Source: the human T2T-CHM13v2.0 reference genome, Homo sapiens
DNA: 64,000 bases
NCBI RefSeq assembly: GCF_009914755.1
Contig: NC_060941.1
Direction: 5' to 3' (one strand)
The notes under the pieces are model-generated. The model was not told the origin of the DNA. It saw only the letters and a list, made by a program, of their open reading frames with translations, and did no database searches. Of this stretch, positions 14,040-28,842 are shown one piece after another. The position numbers and the translations under genes are program-made. Each line of letters starts with the position of its first letter. Position 1 is the first letter of the stretch.

Positions 14040-16648
14040 AAGAGTTTAGCAAGCTTGCTCAATTCAAAAGAAAGGTGGGGTGTATTTATTAATATATCAG
14101 ATACAGTGAACTTCAAGGAAAATTACAGAGATAAAGGAAGACATTACATACTGATAAAAGAGTCAGTTTACCAGAAAGACAAAATAATTCTACGTGTGTA
14201 TGCATCTGAGAATAGAGGCTCAAAATACATGAAGAAAAAAGTGATAGAACCAAAAGGACAAGTAGACAAATCCACAGTTATAGGTGAGGACTTTGACACT
14301 CCTGTCTTAGTTATTGATAGAATTAGTTCACAGAAAATTAGCAAGGACATAGAAGAACTGAACAACACTGTAAACCAACTGGATCTAATTGGCATTTATA
14401 GAATACTTCACTCAACAATAAGATATACAGAGGATACATATTCTTTTCTAGTGCTCGTGAAACATTCACCAAGGTTGACTATATCCTCATCCATAAAGTA
14501 AATTTTTAACTGATTTTAAAATGTGAAACCATACAGAGTATGTTCTCTGACCATAATGGAGTTCAACTAGAAATCTGTAACAGAAAGATAACTAGGAAAC
14601 CCCAAATGTCTGGTAATATAGTTAAGTAAATAATCCATAGGTGAAAAGAGGAAATTTCATGGGAAATTAAAAAGTATTTAGAACTGAATGAAAATGAAAA
14701 CACAACATATCAAAATTTGTGGGGTGCATCTAATGATTGGAGGGAATGTAATAGCATTAAATGCTTAATTAGAAAAGAGGAATGGATACCCCATTTACCC
14801 TGTGATTATTATGCATTGCACGCCTGTGTCAATAAACCTCATGTAGCACATAAGTATATATACCTACTATATACCCACAAAAATTAAGAAGTAAAAGAAG
14901 AATGGTCTCAAATCAGTAATATAAGGTTCTACCTTAAGAAAATAGAAAAGGAGGAACAAAATAAACCCCAAATCAGGCAGAATGAAAGAAGTAATAAAGA
15001 GATGAGTAGAAATCACTGAAATAGAAAACAGAAAAAAATTAGAATAAATGAAAACAAAAGCTGATGTTTTGAAAAGATCGATAAAGTTGATCTGGCCAGA
15101 CCGACTAAGGAAAAATGTAAGTGAAAACACAAATTACTAATATCAGGAATAAACAACGGGATATCACTGCAGACCTGGAAAGTTGTTTAAAGGATTAAAA
15201 AGTATCACACACCATTTTGCACATAAATTGGACAATTTGAGTAAAATATACCAACTCCTTGAAAACCGCAAATTACTGAAATTCACCAAAGAAGAAATAA
15301 TGTATCTTGAAAAGTGGAGATAATTGGAATACTTTTATTACTATAAATAGAGTTCTTTTTGAAAACAAAACTCTGGGACCAGGTATTTTCACTGACAGTT
15401 GTACCAAACATTTGAGGGAATAACACAGTCTCTTTCAGAAAACAGAAGGAGAGAGAACACTTCATATCTATTTTGTGAGGTCTTTATTACACTGATAGTA
15501 AAATCAAAGATATTACAGAAAAAGAGAATTATAGACGAACAGTCCTCATGAACACAGATGTAAAAAATCTTCACAAATCAAATGCAGCAATATGTAAAAA
15601 ATATAAAACATTATGACCAAGTGAGGTTTATTTACCCCAGTAATGTATGGTTGGGCCAACATTCACAAATCACTGTAATTTCTCATTTTAAATGACTCAA
15701 CTGGTACAGCCAAAGCAAATGACAAAATTCAAAATCCATTCATGATAAGACATTTTACCAAACTAGAATTATTAGGAATTTTAAACTGGTAAGGTGCATC
15801 TGGAAAAGAAAAAAAAAAAAAAAAAACAACCCTACAACTCACATCATATTTAATGGTAGAAGAGTGAACGCTTTTCCCCTAAGACTGAAATTGAGGCAGG
15901 GATGTTCGCTTTCATTTCTTCTACTTAACCTTGTAGTGGTGATCCTAATCAGTGCAATAAGGCAAGAAAAATAAATAAAAGACATACATATTGAAAAAGA
16001 ATAAATAAAACTGCCACTATTTGTAGACGATGTGATCACCTATGTATAAAATACTGAGAACTCTATGAAAAATCTCCTAGAACTAATAACAATTTATGAA
16101 AGTCTCAAGACACAGAAACGTCTAAACGCCACTTATATTTCTGTATACCTGCAGTGAACAATTTAGAAAACAGTATTTAGAGAAGTAGCAAAATTATGTG
16201 CAGGATCCATGTGCCAAAGGCTATAAAACACTGTTGAAAGACATTTTAAAAGACTTTTAAGTGCAGACATAGCATATTCGAGATTGTTGGATTCAATCTG
16301 TTTATGATGTCATTTCTCCCCATATTGATCTATAGGTTTCGTGCAATTCCCATCAGAATTTCAGCAGCGTATTTTTGTAGATACAGACAAGCCGACTCTA
16401 AAATTTGCATGGATAGGCAAAGGAACTAGAGTAGCCAAGACAATCTAGAAAGAAGAACAGAGTTGGAAGGATCACACTATCCAATTTTAATTACAGTAAA
16501 GCTACTATGAACAAGGCAGTGTGGTATTGATAAAGACATGTACATTTAGATCCAACTCAGCAGACTAGAGAGTCCAAAATGAAACCTACACAAATACGAT
16601 CAATTGATTTTGAACAAAGATGCCAGGGCAATTAATGGAGAATGGATC
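14040..16648 (+). mobile_element. Old L1M ORF2 remnant (endonuclease to RT/C-terminal region), decayed
   Basis: ORF 14055..14501 resembles the L1 endonuclease domain (RDKGRHYILIKESVYQ...VIGEDFDTP...SQKISKDIEELNNTVNQLDLIGIYRILH). Downstream sequence follows L1 ORF2 with many stops. Confidence 0.88.
14784..14892 (+). mobile_element. Short 5'-truncated L1MA1-3-like 3' end inserted in the older L1
   Basis: ggataccccatttaccc...tacctactatatacccacaaaaatt, flanked by TSD aaaagaggaatgg/aaaagaagaatgg. Confidence 0.85.
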
Positions 16649-16649
16649 T

Positions 16650-17790
16650 CACATAAATTAGATCATATGGCATGTGTTCTTTTGTGCCTGACTTCTTTCT
16701 CAATGTATTATTTTTGAGATTCATACGTGTTGCATATATCAGTATTTTTTTTTGGTCTTTTTAAGTATTTTGTTGCTCAAATATGCCATAATTTGTTTAT
16801 CCATTCACCTATTGGTGGACATTTGAATTATTTCCAGTTTTTGGCTTTTTTGAGAAACATATGCTATCAACATTATGGAACAAATCTCTTTGTGAATTGT
16901 GTTTTTGTTTCTTTGGATAAGTACCTGGGAGTAAAATTGATGGATCAATTTTGTAAGAAATCACCAAACAGTTTCCCAAGGTATTTATATCATCTGTACT
17001 CCCACCAGTTATGTCCAGTTGCTCCATACCCTTGTCAGTATTTGATACTGTCAAGTTTTTTTTTTTTTTTAATTTTTGCCACTTCAGTAGCTGTGTTGTA
17101 GTAGTTTATCATGGCTTTAATTTGTACTTCCTTAACAGGTAATGATGTGAAACACCTTTTCATGAGTTTATTGGACATTCAGGTGTCTCCTTTTGTGAAA
17201 TCCTGTTCAATCCTTTGCTTATGCCAAAAATGGATTCTTCATCTCTTCTGTTTTGATTTGTAGGAGTTCTTTATCTATTTTGCATGTAAGTCATTTGCTG
17301 ATTGTGTTATTACCAATGCTGCCCCCTCATTGTTGCTTGCCTTTTCGTTTTCTTGATGTCTTTATGAACAGAGTTTTTAATTTTGACCAAGTTCAAGTTA
17401 TCATCATTTCTTTTATGGTTAATAGTTTTTGTGTCCTATTGAAGAAATCATTGCCTATGCCATAGAAGGAGATATTCTGCATTTTCATTTGGAGGCTTTA
17501 TTAGTTTACATTTAGATCCGTAATCCAGTTCAAATAAGTATTTGAGTGTGTTGTAACATAGGAGTTAATTTCATTTTTTTTCCAGTTGAATATCCAATTT
17601 ATCCAGCAGCATTTATTCCCCATTGTATTGCAGTTGACTCTGTCACAAATCAGTTGATAGTATAGTATATTTAGGTCTGTTTCTGGACTGTATTTGTAGT
17701 TTATTCATCTTTAAAATTTTTTCTGAATTGATAAATAATAATTGTACATATTCATGGGGTACGTTGTGATGTTTTGATACATATAATACC
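16650..17790 (-). mobile_element. Old L1M 3' portion (antisense) plus a short L1MA tail
   Basis: ccataatttgtttatccattcacctattggtggacatttg...tttccagtttttggct is a typical antisense L1M 3' region. Confidence 0.8.
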
Positions 17791-19580
17791 CATATTTTAA
17801 ATGTTTTAAATATTATTTTGTAACTACTCAGGATTTAATAACACAATTTTTAAAACTTCAACTAAAAAAGTGAAAAAGAAAAAAAATTACCAGTTATGAT
17901 AGGTGGAGAGTATTAAATTCCAGGTTTAAGTAAAATTAAGGTTAAGATGTATTTCTAGGTCATGACCTGGAAAATGGAGTTGATAAGCTGTTGTGGTGTC
18001 TGTACTGTGTTCCTGGCACTATCGTGGGAATACAAAAATGAAGAAGATGGATCTTGTCCTTGAGGAACATGTGGGTGAGTGAGAGATAGACCATATAGTA
18101 AGTCTGTGTTCCCTCAACACCACATGGATACCTTCACTGAGGCCCTACAGTGTGTTGAATCATGTGATTGAAGGTTTCTCAAGAAGACATGGCTACCAAA
18201 CAGGCAGATTTAAAAGACAGACCTTGGAAAAGAAGATTGAATGATAGAGATTTTATGTTATCCCAGTGTGATTTTATGTTATTCCAGTGTGATAGTTATA
18301 GAAGACCTGAGAATATGTGAGTCTCGGAAGAACAACCTTTGTTTCTTTCACTTGTTCGGGCAGGCAGAGGCTTTGAAGACCATATCTAAAACCCTGAAGA
18401 ATGGATAGATGTCTCCTGGCTTTTTGGAAGAGAAAGAAGTTATAAAGGTTTTAACTGTAGTTAACTGCCCTAATCTTTATGCTTTTCCAAATATGCCCAT
18501 TAGATTTTAGTTTGGCATATGGGAAGATATTTGGCACTGATGACAATCTCACTGATTTGGCGAATTTATCATCTATTTGAACAAACAGCTAAGTCAGAAG
18601 AGGTGACATTATAGACTAGCAGAAGGCACTGGCCAAATCTGACTGAAATCAAAACAGGACAGTTGTGCAACTCAGCAAGGATTAAAGACAAAAACAAAAA
18701 CGTGGGCATGGGGATGAGTAAGGGATGTGTTGTCTTCAGGTGTTTCCATTTACCTGGTTATCAATTGATAGAAAACAATGTTATCAGTAAAACTGAAGTT
18801 TTGAGATTAGATTATTGTGGTTTTTGTTTATAACCTGGGTCAGAAGGTTATTCACAAAATAAAAAAGTTCTAAATGTGCCTTGGGCCTTGGAATTTGCAT
18901 GGCTTCATATATGCAGCTCTTTCAGCTGTGATATCCTTAAGGCAAACAAGAGTCATTTTATTATACATTGCACAATGTTAGAAAACCAGTCTTGTTACTG
19001 TATGAGTTACAGAAGTTGGACAGACAGCATAGGTGGGGCAGATAGCTTTCCCTGGCCTACCGTGAGCTAGAGAGCCATTGCAGTGCCTGAGCATTAATCT
19101 CAAACTTTGATCCTAAAACACCAACTAGAGAAAATAGAAAAGCAAAAAATCAAAACAGAGCATTATGTTTCTTTCTTCCAAAAGGAAGCAGAGCGTTATG
19201 TTCCTTTCCTTTTGGATGTTTTCCAAACAATGTGAATCACGGTTTTTAAAATCTTTACTTTCACAATGTTGCTTATTAAAAAAACAACATCTCAGCTTTG
19301 TATTATAGATCAACCGACTTCCTATAGGGAAAGGTAAGTAGTCTAGTTATTGCTTTGATTTTGATTGGCATCTCCTAGGATTATTCTGACACTACCATTA
19401 GAAGATTTATACACTACTTTACCAACTTACATATAAAGACCTATAGTCCTAGTGTTGGATGGGCTTGGGATTTCATTAGCTCTAGGTGCCAATTCTAGTT
19501 GATTGATACTTTGTTGAGGCACTAACTTAAAAGTATTGAGAGTCTGAGCCTGGATTTGGTCAAGGAGGGCTACAATATAT

Positions 19581-19873
19581 AAAGGGTTGGCAAACTTTCC
19601 TGTACAGGGCCAGGCAGTAAATATTTTAGGCTTTGTGGGAAACTACTCTGCTATTATAGTGAATAAACAGTCATAGACAATATATAAATGACTGAGCATT
19701 GCTGTGTTCTAGTAGATCGAGTTATAATCATGGATATTTGAATTTCATGTAATTTTCATTTGTCACAGAATATTTTTCCAGTCATTTGGAAATGTAAAAA
19801 TTATTCTTGTGGACCATAAAAATCCAGATGATGGGCAGAATTTGGTGTGTAGGTTATAGTTTGCTGCCCCCTG
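19581..19873. mobile_element. MER58B-like hAT-Charlie element
   Basis: gggttggcaaactttcctgtacagggccaggcagtaaatattttaggctttgtggg...ttatagtttgctgccccctg. Confidence 0.8.
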
Positions 19874-20779
19874 CAATGGATTGTCACTGGTTGCCCTTGG
19901 CTTGGGAGGAAGAGTGATAGCATTCCTGCTCTTTTTCTGGGTTAAAGCTCTGATACCTCAGGGAGTTCAATGCCAAGAGGTCTATGAAGCATAAGTAAGG
20001 CCATACTCTATTTAATAAAGCATTACTGTTAATTATTTATGGAAAGAAACCAAGTCTAGAATGCAAGCCATTGGCAAACCAGGATAGAATTGTTTCATCA
20101 CTTTAGGCCTTGAGTGGAAGTGATGAGAGCTCAACAGAAACAATTATGCAGCCACAGAGCAAGGAAGAACATATGTTCAATAGTGAAATGTTGGTTCTCC
20201 TGGCTGCCCTCCTTGCCTGGCTACTCCACTGTCCTCCCCTTCCCAATGCACATGTCTGACTCTGAGGCTGGACTTAGGTAATTCAGTGTGAAGTCTGTAA
20301 AAGGGGCAGTTGATCTTAAAGCCTAAAAGAAGTGTTGCACAGCTTGCGTTCTGTTCAAGTATCCAGATGGTGGTGGTCCTAGGCAGAGCTCTCTCCTTGT
20401 CTACTGCACTGTGAAGATAGATTTTGCTTTCTTTCTATCTTCTTTCATCTGCAGAGGCCCGTAACTCAGAAATCGGCCTGGGTAAAATGTGCAACTTCGT
20501 GTCGACTCTGTAATATAGGGTATATTGTATCTGGCAATCCCTCTTGACAGCAGATGCCATAGCAGCTTGTTTTTTGGGAGGACATGATTGTCCTTATGAT
20601 AAAATGAATCTTCAGAGTCTCAGTTTCCCTTAATACTTCTAATCAACTTGGTAACCATCAAACTCTCTTGAAATACTTCCCGTGATGTTTCTGCCTGCAG
20701 CTGAGTTGGAGGAGGTGACTCTAACGCAGGTTGGTACCACTGTGACTTCTTGACCACTCAACTTAAGTGAGCCCCAATT

Positions 20780-22500
20780 CTTGCCTCACATCCTTTTGTC
20801 AGATCAGCTTGTTCTTCATTCTCCAGAACGATAGTATTTCTTTCCTTTTTTACTTTCCTCAAACTTCTCCAGTCCTTTCTCTTATGGCCAACCTCACTTT
20901 CTCCTTCCTAGAGAAAATTGAAGCTCTGTCAGATGGATGGAACGATCTTAACTTTTTGCTAAGAAGTTAAGACTCACTATTTCTATTACCATCTCTCTCC
21001 TCTGCCCCACCTGTTCTAATAGAGAAGCTATTCTTTCTCTATCCTTCCATCTGGTTCTCATCTTTTCCCAAACTTTGCTGTGTTATATTATCAAGTATCT
21101 CTTCTCTCTCGTATATTCAACTGATCTCTCAAATAGTTTCCTCCATCAACATTTGAACATGTTTGATTTCTTCCATCTCAACAGCAGAAGATCTCTTGAT
21201 ACTTCTCCTTAACTCCATCTAGCTTTCCTCCCTTCTATGTTGCCAGACTTTTGGAAAGACTTGTCTGTATTCACTGTCTCCATTTCTTTGTCTCACATTC
21301 ATGGTATATATTACCCTATCTGGCTTCTGACCCTGTTGCTCTACCAAACCACTCTGCCCAACCTCAGTAAAGTATCAAAGTCACCGAACTCCATCTTGCT
21401 GAATCCAGTGGTACATCCTGTGAGTCTTTCTTATTTGACCTTTTAACAGAATTTGGCATTGTGGATCACTTTTTCTTGAACTGCCTTTGTCTTCCCCTTG
21501 GCTTGAATGATACCACATTCTTCTGGGTTTCTTCTTGTTTCTCTGGCCACTCCTTATTGGTCTCCAGTGCAGGAAATAATGGATTTCCTCGTGGATCACT
21601 CTACAGTGTCTCCCTGTGCAATTTTCTTCATGCCCTTGGCTTCAGGGACCATTCTGTGTGGATGACTCTCAAACTTAATTCTCCTGAGCCTTCTTTGAGC
21701 TGCACATGGTCAATCCACAGGGCCTAAAACACCATGGAAAAGAGTTTGAATTTTGAGCAGAGGAGTGATATGATTTTGCTTACATTTTTGAAAAGATCAC
21801 TCTTCCTGCTGGGTGCAGAGTAAACAATGGAGAGGCAAAAGTGGAAGCAGGGAAACCTCTTAGGAGGTTAATGTCCAGGAAAGAAGTTCTAGGGGCTGGG
21901 TCTAGGGTGTTGTATCCAGCTGGATGTTCAAAATGACCTCACACTCCCCATGTCATGACCTAATTCATGATTTCTGCCAGACTTCCTGTTGTCACCTGCC
22001 CCATCTGATTGAGTTGGAAACCTCGACCCTACTTTCTTTTTCTAATTCATCATTTGATACTCTGGCCCTCTTCCACTTTGCTTCTAACACAGTAGCCAGA
22101 GTTGTCTTCAATACAAGTCTGATGCCATCCCCAGGATAATAATTATTTTCGGTGTTTCCCATCACTCAGAGGAAAAAGACTAGAAAATCTGAATATGTCC
22201 ATCTAAGGTTCTACACAGCCTGGCCTTAATGTACCTCGCTAGCCTCCCCTCGTACGTCCTTCCTTTTGCTTCTGCACTTCTCTACCTTCTGCTTGTGTTG
22301 TTCTCTGCCACTCTGACCACTTTTATCTACTCATTTCCTAGTCTTCCAGAATTCTGACTGAAGTATCACTTTTGGGGAAGATTTTCCGTAGTGCTTGACT
22401 ACCCCAGTTTAGGTCAAATTCTCTTATTTTATGTTCTTGTGGAACTGGATTTCTTTCCTTTTGTAGGCTTATCTTAGTTTCTAACTACATGCTCATTTAT
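20780..22500 (+). mobile_element. Decayed L2, with an opposite-strand L2 piece at ~21735-21912
   Basis: Pyrimidine-rich L2-like ORF2/3' sequence, e.g. tcttatttgacctttt...gatcactttttcttgaa...ttggcttgaatgataccacattcttctgg. Confidence 0.65.
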
Positions 22501-22520
22501 ATGATTATTTGATTACTATC

Positions 22521-22809
22521 TTTTTTGAGATGGTGTCTCACTCTGTCACCCAGGCTGGAGTTCAGTGGCATGATCACAGCTCTCTATAGCCTTGACCTCC
22601 CTAGGCTAAAGTGATCCTCCTACTTCAGCCTCCCGAGTAACTGGGACTACAGGCACATGCTACCATGCCCAGCTAAATTTTGTATTATTTTGTAGAGATG
22701 GGGTTTTGTCATGTTGCCCAGGCTGGTCTCGATCTCCTGGACTCAAGCCATCTTCCCACCTTGGCCTCCCAAAGTGCTGGGATTACAGCATGAGCCACTG
22801 CTCCCAGCC
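22521..22809 (-). mobile_element. AluJ
   Basis: Diverged antisense dimer with J-type tagccttgacctcc and ctcaagc. TSD ttgattacta. Confidence 0.88.
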
Positions 22810-22844
22810 CTTGATTACTAATTTTTTAAAATGACATGAGGGAC

Positions 22845-22879
22845 TGTATTAGGGTTCTTTAGAGAAACAGAACCAATAA

Positions 22880-22913
<34 letters not shown>

Positions 22914-23270
22914 CATTATAGAGAGAGAGAGATTGATTGATTTTAAGGAGTTGGCTCATGTGGTTGTGGGGATTGTTAAGCTTGAAATCTGCCGGGCGAG
23001 TGGCAGGCTGGAGACCCAAGGGAGAGTTGACGTTGCTGTCTCAAATCTGAAGTCTCTTTTTCTGGGGGACCTCAGTCTTTTCTCTTAGGGTTTCCAACTG
23101 ATTTGATGAGGCCCACCCACATTATTGAGGGTAATCAAGTTACTCAAAGTCTACTGATTTAAATGTTACTTACATCTAAAAAATAATTCACAGTGAGATC
23201 TAGACTGGTATTTTACCAGTTACTGGGTACTATAGCTAGCCAAGTTGACACAAAAAAATTAAACATCACA
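22845..23270 (-). mobile_element. MLT2 (D/B-like) ERVL solo LTR with internal (TG)n/(GA)n
   Basis: tgtattagggttctttagagaaacagaaccaata...aaacatcaca. Perfect 5-bp TSD gggac. Confidence 0.88.
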
Positions 23271-23539
23271 GGGACCATGTCTGTGTTAGCCCATTATTAT
23301 ATCCTCAGTGTCTGCCACAATGTATGACATGTAGAAGGCAGTCAGTAAACATTGATTGTATGGATTTGAGAGCGTTAACTTTCTACTTTCCACCTGTAGC
23401 CAATGCCAGTGAGTGTTGTACATTTCATGGCTATAAGGACTGTTCTTTGGAGTAGTCCTTTGTGTTCGTTCTAAAATATTTTGTTGATAAACAGTTTTGT
23501 GATTTAAGAGAGATCTCTAATTTTTGACAAGTTTGGGTT

Positions 23540-23768
23540 TTTTTAAAAAATAATTTTAAACTTTTAAGTCAGGGGTACGTGTACAGGTTTGTTTGTTACA
23601 TAGGTAAACTTGTGTCCTGGGGTGGTTTGTACAGATTATTTTATCACTTAGCTATTAAGCCCAGTACTCGTTAGGTATTTTTCTTGATCCTCTCCATCCT
23701 CCCACCCTTCACTCTCTGATTGGCCCCAGTGTGTGTTGATCCCCTCTATGTGTCCATGTGTTCTCACC
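23540..23768 (-). mobile_element. 5'-truncated L1PA 3' end
   Basis: caggggtacgtgtacaggtttg...ccccagtgtgtgttgatcccctctatgtgtccatgtgttctca. TSD-like gacaagtttg/gacaaatttg. Confidence 0.8.
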
Positions 23769-24408
23769 AGACAAATTTGTTTTCTTGTAATTCATTTATA
23801 GACCCTCTTAGCCTGTTTCTTTGCAGACTCTTTTATTCTCATCCCATAAAAAAGCCTTGTCAGCCATTTGACTTAACCATTGGATTGGCTCTTTTCTTAC
23901 ATTCCTCTTGTGTATTTTTCCTGTATTTTCTTGGATGCAGTAGCCAGAGCCAACTTTGTTTTCAGTGTAATTGGACCATGACTTTATTTAAGGAGATAAT
24001 TGCATTTTTATTTCCTAATGCTCTTCAATTTTATTGGCCATTTTGGCGACAGCAGCACATTGTGTTGAATATTCTATTTCTAAAACCAAACTTCTCATCC
24101 TGGCCCTGTGTCCAGAGTTGTCTATTTCTGTCACTGGTGCCAGACACCAAGACAAGAATGCTTGGATTTATCCTTAACTTTTCCCACCCTCACCATTCCT
24201 AGTCTGTTACAAGATTCTCTTGATTCTTCTTATGATTCTTCAACATTGATCCTTTTTATTTGTCCATTTCTTACAACAAGCCTTTATGGGCTCATGCCAG
24301 ATAACTGATTTCTTCTTGGTGTCTTTACGACTGTTCCCTCCCAGCTTCAAGTTTTTGTAGCCAGCAACCTCAGATGAATCTTCCTAAGCATCAGCTTGAG
24401 TGTGCTTT

Positions 24409-24483
24409 CTTCTCCCTACCTCCCAATACCCAATCACCACCTTAAGCTTCTCCCTACCTCCCAATACCTAATCACCACCAAAG
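24409..24483 (+). repeat. Two-copy ~38-bp tandem duplication
   Basis: cttctccctacctcccaatacc(c/t)aatcaccacc occurs twice. Confidence 0.9.
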
Positions 24484-25274
24484 CTTAAGTTTGATTAAGA
24501 TTCAAACTTGATTTCCTTTTCCTACTGGACCTTCAGTACAGAGGATTAAGTTAATTTTACTTCTCAGGCCATGACATACTATCATTTTTGGTCTCTGTAA
24601 CCCTGTTCTCTTATTTATTTAATTCCTTTATTCTCTTTTAGTGACAATTTGAATATATTGTTTTTTGTCTGTGTTCTTATAAAATATGTATTGTTGTTTT
24701 GGTTATTTTAATTTATATGACTTGTACTCTAGATCTCATTTTATTTTGTTTTATATATTTCACTGCTTTTCACATCCTTCTGTGATGCCATGTAAACATG
24801 CAGTCTAATGCGTCTAATTGCTGTTTCTCTTTTTATTCACATCATTATAAGGATGATAAGAAAATAAAGTTATAAGTCAATTTTTTATGAATGTCAAATA
24901 AAAAAATCCAAAATAAAATATTAGCTAAACAAACCCAACTTTATATTTTTAAAATATATCACAATTAAGTAGTATTTATTTCCAGTAATGCCCACATAAT
25001 AATATAATGATGGAATAGTAATATATTCAATATAACAATAACCTTTCAATTTTATTTACTTCATGTATATCTATGTATGTTTATTAGAATTTAATACTTT
25101 ACTCCCTAGAGGTCTAATGTACTGGTTAGGTTAATTTTTCTATATTTCATGGTTTATATTGCCATTATGAATGATATACAGTTATGCTATATTTTATAGT
25201 TGGGTTTGACTGCTGGAGAGTCATGAGATTGATTTTTAAAAAAATTAGTAACAACCTTGATGAAGTCTCTTACT

Positions 25275-25524
25275 GCCAAGATGGGTGGATCTCTTGAGGT
25301 CAGGAGTTCAAGACCAGCCTGGCCAACATGGTGAAACCCCATCTCTACTAAAAATACGAAAATCAGCCAGGTGTGGTGGTGCACGCCTGTAGTCCCAGCT
25401 ACTCAGGAGGCTGAGGCAGGAGAATCACTTGAACCTGGGAGGTGGAGGTTGCAGAGCTGAGATCGTGCCACTGCTCTCCAGCCTGGGTGACTGGCCATCT
25501 CAAAAAAAAAAAAAAAAAAAAAAA
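25275..25524 (+). mobile_element. 5'-truncated AluS
   Basis: Starts mid-left-arm (gccaagatgggtggat) and ends in a poly-A tail. Confidence 0.88.
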
Positions 25525-25525
25525 G

Positions 25526-26635
<1,110 letters not shown>

Positions 26636-28842
26636 GGGGTCCAAACTACCTGTTCTTCCTAACCTTAACTGTGTTCCTATATCACCCTCTTACCTAATTG
26701 AGCTGGTCCGTCATTCCTATTTCTATTTCAGCATGTTTCTGCTTGCTGTTCTACTTGATGTAACAACTTTCCTTTCCTCTGTTTGTCTAAACCTTACCAT
26801 TTAAGGCCAGGGTGCAGCCCAAATCACTCTTGAAACCCTTTCTGATGCCCTGGGCCTTCAGCAGCCCTCCTATTTTTGGCTTCTTATAGTATATATTGTC
26901 TCTTTCACTCTTTTGACCCTTGGCATGAGCAACACTGCATAAATATTTATCCCCATATTAGTATATATCTGGGACCTCTCTGCACCTCCTCATTTAAACC
27001 TGGATTTTAAGTCTCAATTGTACATAGAACCCAGCCTCTCTTGGAAGTTCTATTTGTTAGTGGTGATCATTTGATTATATCACACTCAGCTTTGATCAAC
27101 CTGACCTGTTCGTATTGACATAATCACACCAACATATTCCACCTTAAGGCTTTTTCACTACTCTTTTCTTCTTTTGCATCATACCTGCATGCATGATTCC
27201 TAGTTTTATTGAGTCTCTGCTCAAATGTCATTTTCTTCATGTGGCCTTCCTTGACCACTCTATTTAAAATCGTAGTCCTACTGCCCCACATTCATGATCC
27301 AACCCCCATCCTCTGCTTTATTTTAATTATATTTTGTTGTTTATTTTCTTTCTCTGCCTATTGTAATACAAGGTCATCAGGGTCAGAGATTTTAATCTGC
27401 ATTGTTTACTGATGTATCTTGGTACCTACAAGAGTGCCTGGGACCTATTTAATACTCAGTAAATATTAGAATAAATGAATGAAACCAAATATGTTAGCCT
27501 TCAGTTAAGAACTTGTCCTGCAATTTAGTCCTCCTACCACTAAGCAACAGCAAAGGAGAACTGGTTATTTAAGTCCTGGGGTTTTGGGATTGCAAGGGGA
27601 TTGAAGCCTTTTTAGTAAATATTTATTCAAATGCTTCCCCATCTTTGCCAAAAAGAACTATGAGTCTTTTTCCTATGATTGCTAAATTATCTTAAGCCAA
27701 AGAACTCATTTTTTTCTTTTAAGATGCTCCGTTGAGAAAATTATCTTTTTGGGTACTTTTGGATAATTTTTGGATAATTGCTCTTTGGGGCTAGTTGTAA
27801 GAGAGGTCTTTTTTTTTCTTCCTGGTTCTTTGACTACTCTTGGGGTCTGCCTCCAGTCCTGTCCCTCTTACAGTAAGATGTGGCTGGGAGGAGAGTATTG
27901 ATTCCTCAGATTGTTACATCTTCACTTCTCAGATTGTTTTAAATTCAGTGTCTCATGGCTCAAACTTCTTATCATAGGAGATATTTCCTAAGTCGCTCTT
28001 ATGCTCTCCTTTACCTGGTAATATGAGGAATCAGGAAGATGTGGTGGGATTAGTTTCTAGGTCCAGTCTAGTCACCATTTGCCTTGCGACCTTAGGCAAG
28101 TCATTTTATCCTGGAGAGTTAAGACCTCCCCCACTGTAAAATGAGGGAATCAGATTAGGTGCCCTGTAAGGTCTTTTTTTCCAGCAGCTAAACAAAAACC
28201 GAAGAAATATGTTATTATTTTTTTTCCTTTTGATAGGGAGCTATTCCTGACAGCTCTCATCTGGTGTTTTGCTTAATTTACACACAATGATTAATTTACA
28301 CACAAGCTTAGCTTGTATCCCTTAGCAACACTTAGCAACTGCCTGCTTTCAGAAAGTAGTTCAGTTAAGGTTGTTTAAAGGGACATTATCCCATATATCA
28401 AAGCAGAAGTGAAAATAAAGTTGACTTTGTCTGGGGACACGTCCCCTTCTGACTTTGCAGTAATTTTTCTTTATTACATTTTCCTGTTCGGTTTTTGTCC
28501 ACTTGCACAGTTTTTATGAACCCTAACAGAAGTTTATTCTGGCTCGCTTTCAAAGGAATTAAGTATTGAGTGTTTACTATGCTCCAGAACATGGTCCTAA
28601 GTTCATGCCATACCTTATCTCATTGAATTCTTCAACAACTCTTGTGAGGTCAGGAGGGTGGTTACCTTTTACAGATTCAAGAAAACATCTTAAGCCTGCA
28701 CAGCTAGTCAGTGAAGAGTCCAGCAGTGAGACTTGGCTGCCGGACTCCAGACACCATGCTGTTCACCTGTGCTGTGCTTTCTCCTGTTATTTTACCAAAA
28801 TCTCCTGTTTACCTCTGTCAACAACCAGCAAAGCCGGACGCT

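Noticed and set aside
14055-14501. 148-aa ORF and its 138-aa paralogue (34116..34532) resembling L1 endonuclease
   Set aside because: Partial domain with non-ATG starts. The conserved GDFN motif has decayed to EDFD/EDFT. The similarity between the two is explained by the local duplication, not by a domesticated gene.
14040-17710. Head-to-head L1 pieces as a twin-priming inversion
   Set aside because: The 3' end of the antisense piece faces inward and the pieces overlap in L1 coordinates. This does not fit twin priming; separate insertions are more likely.
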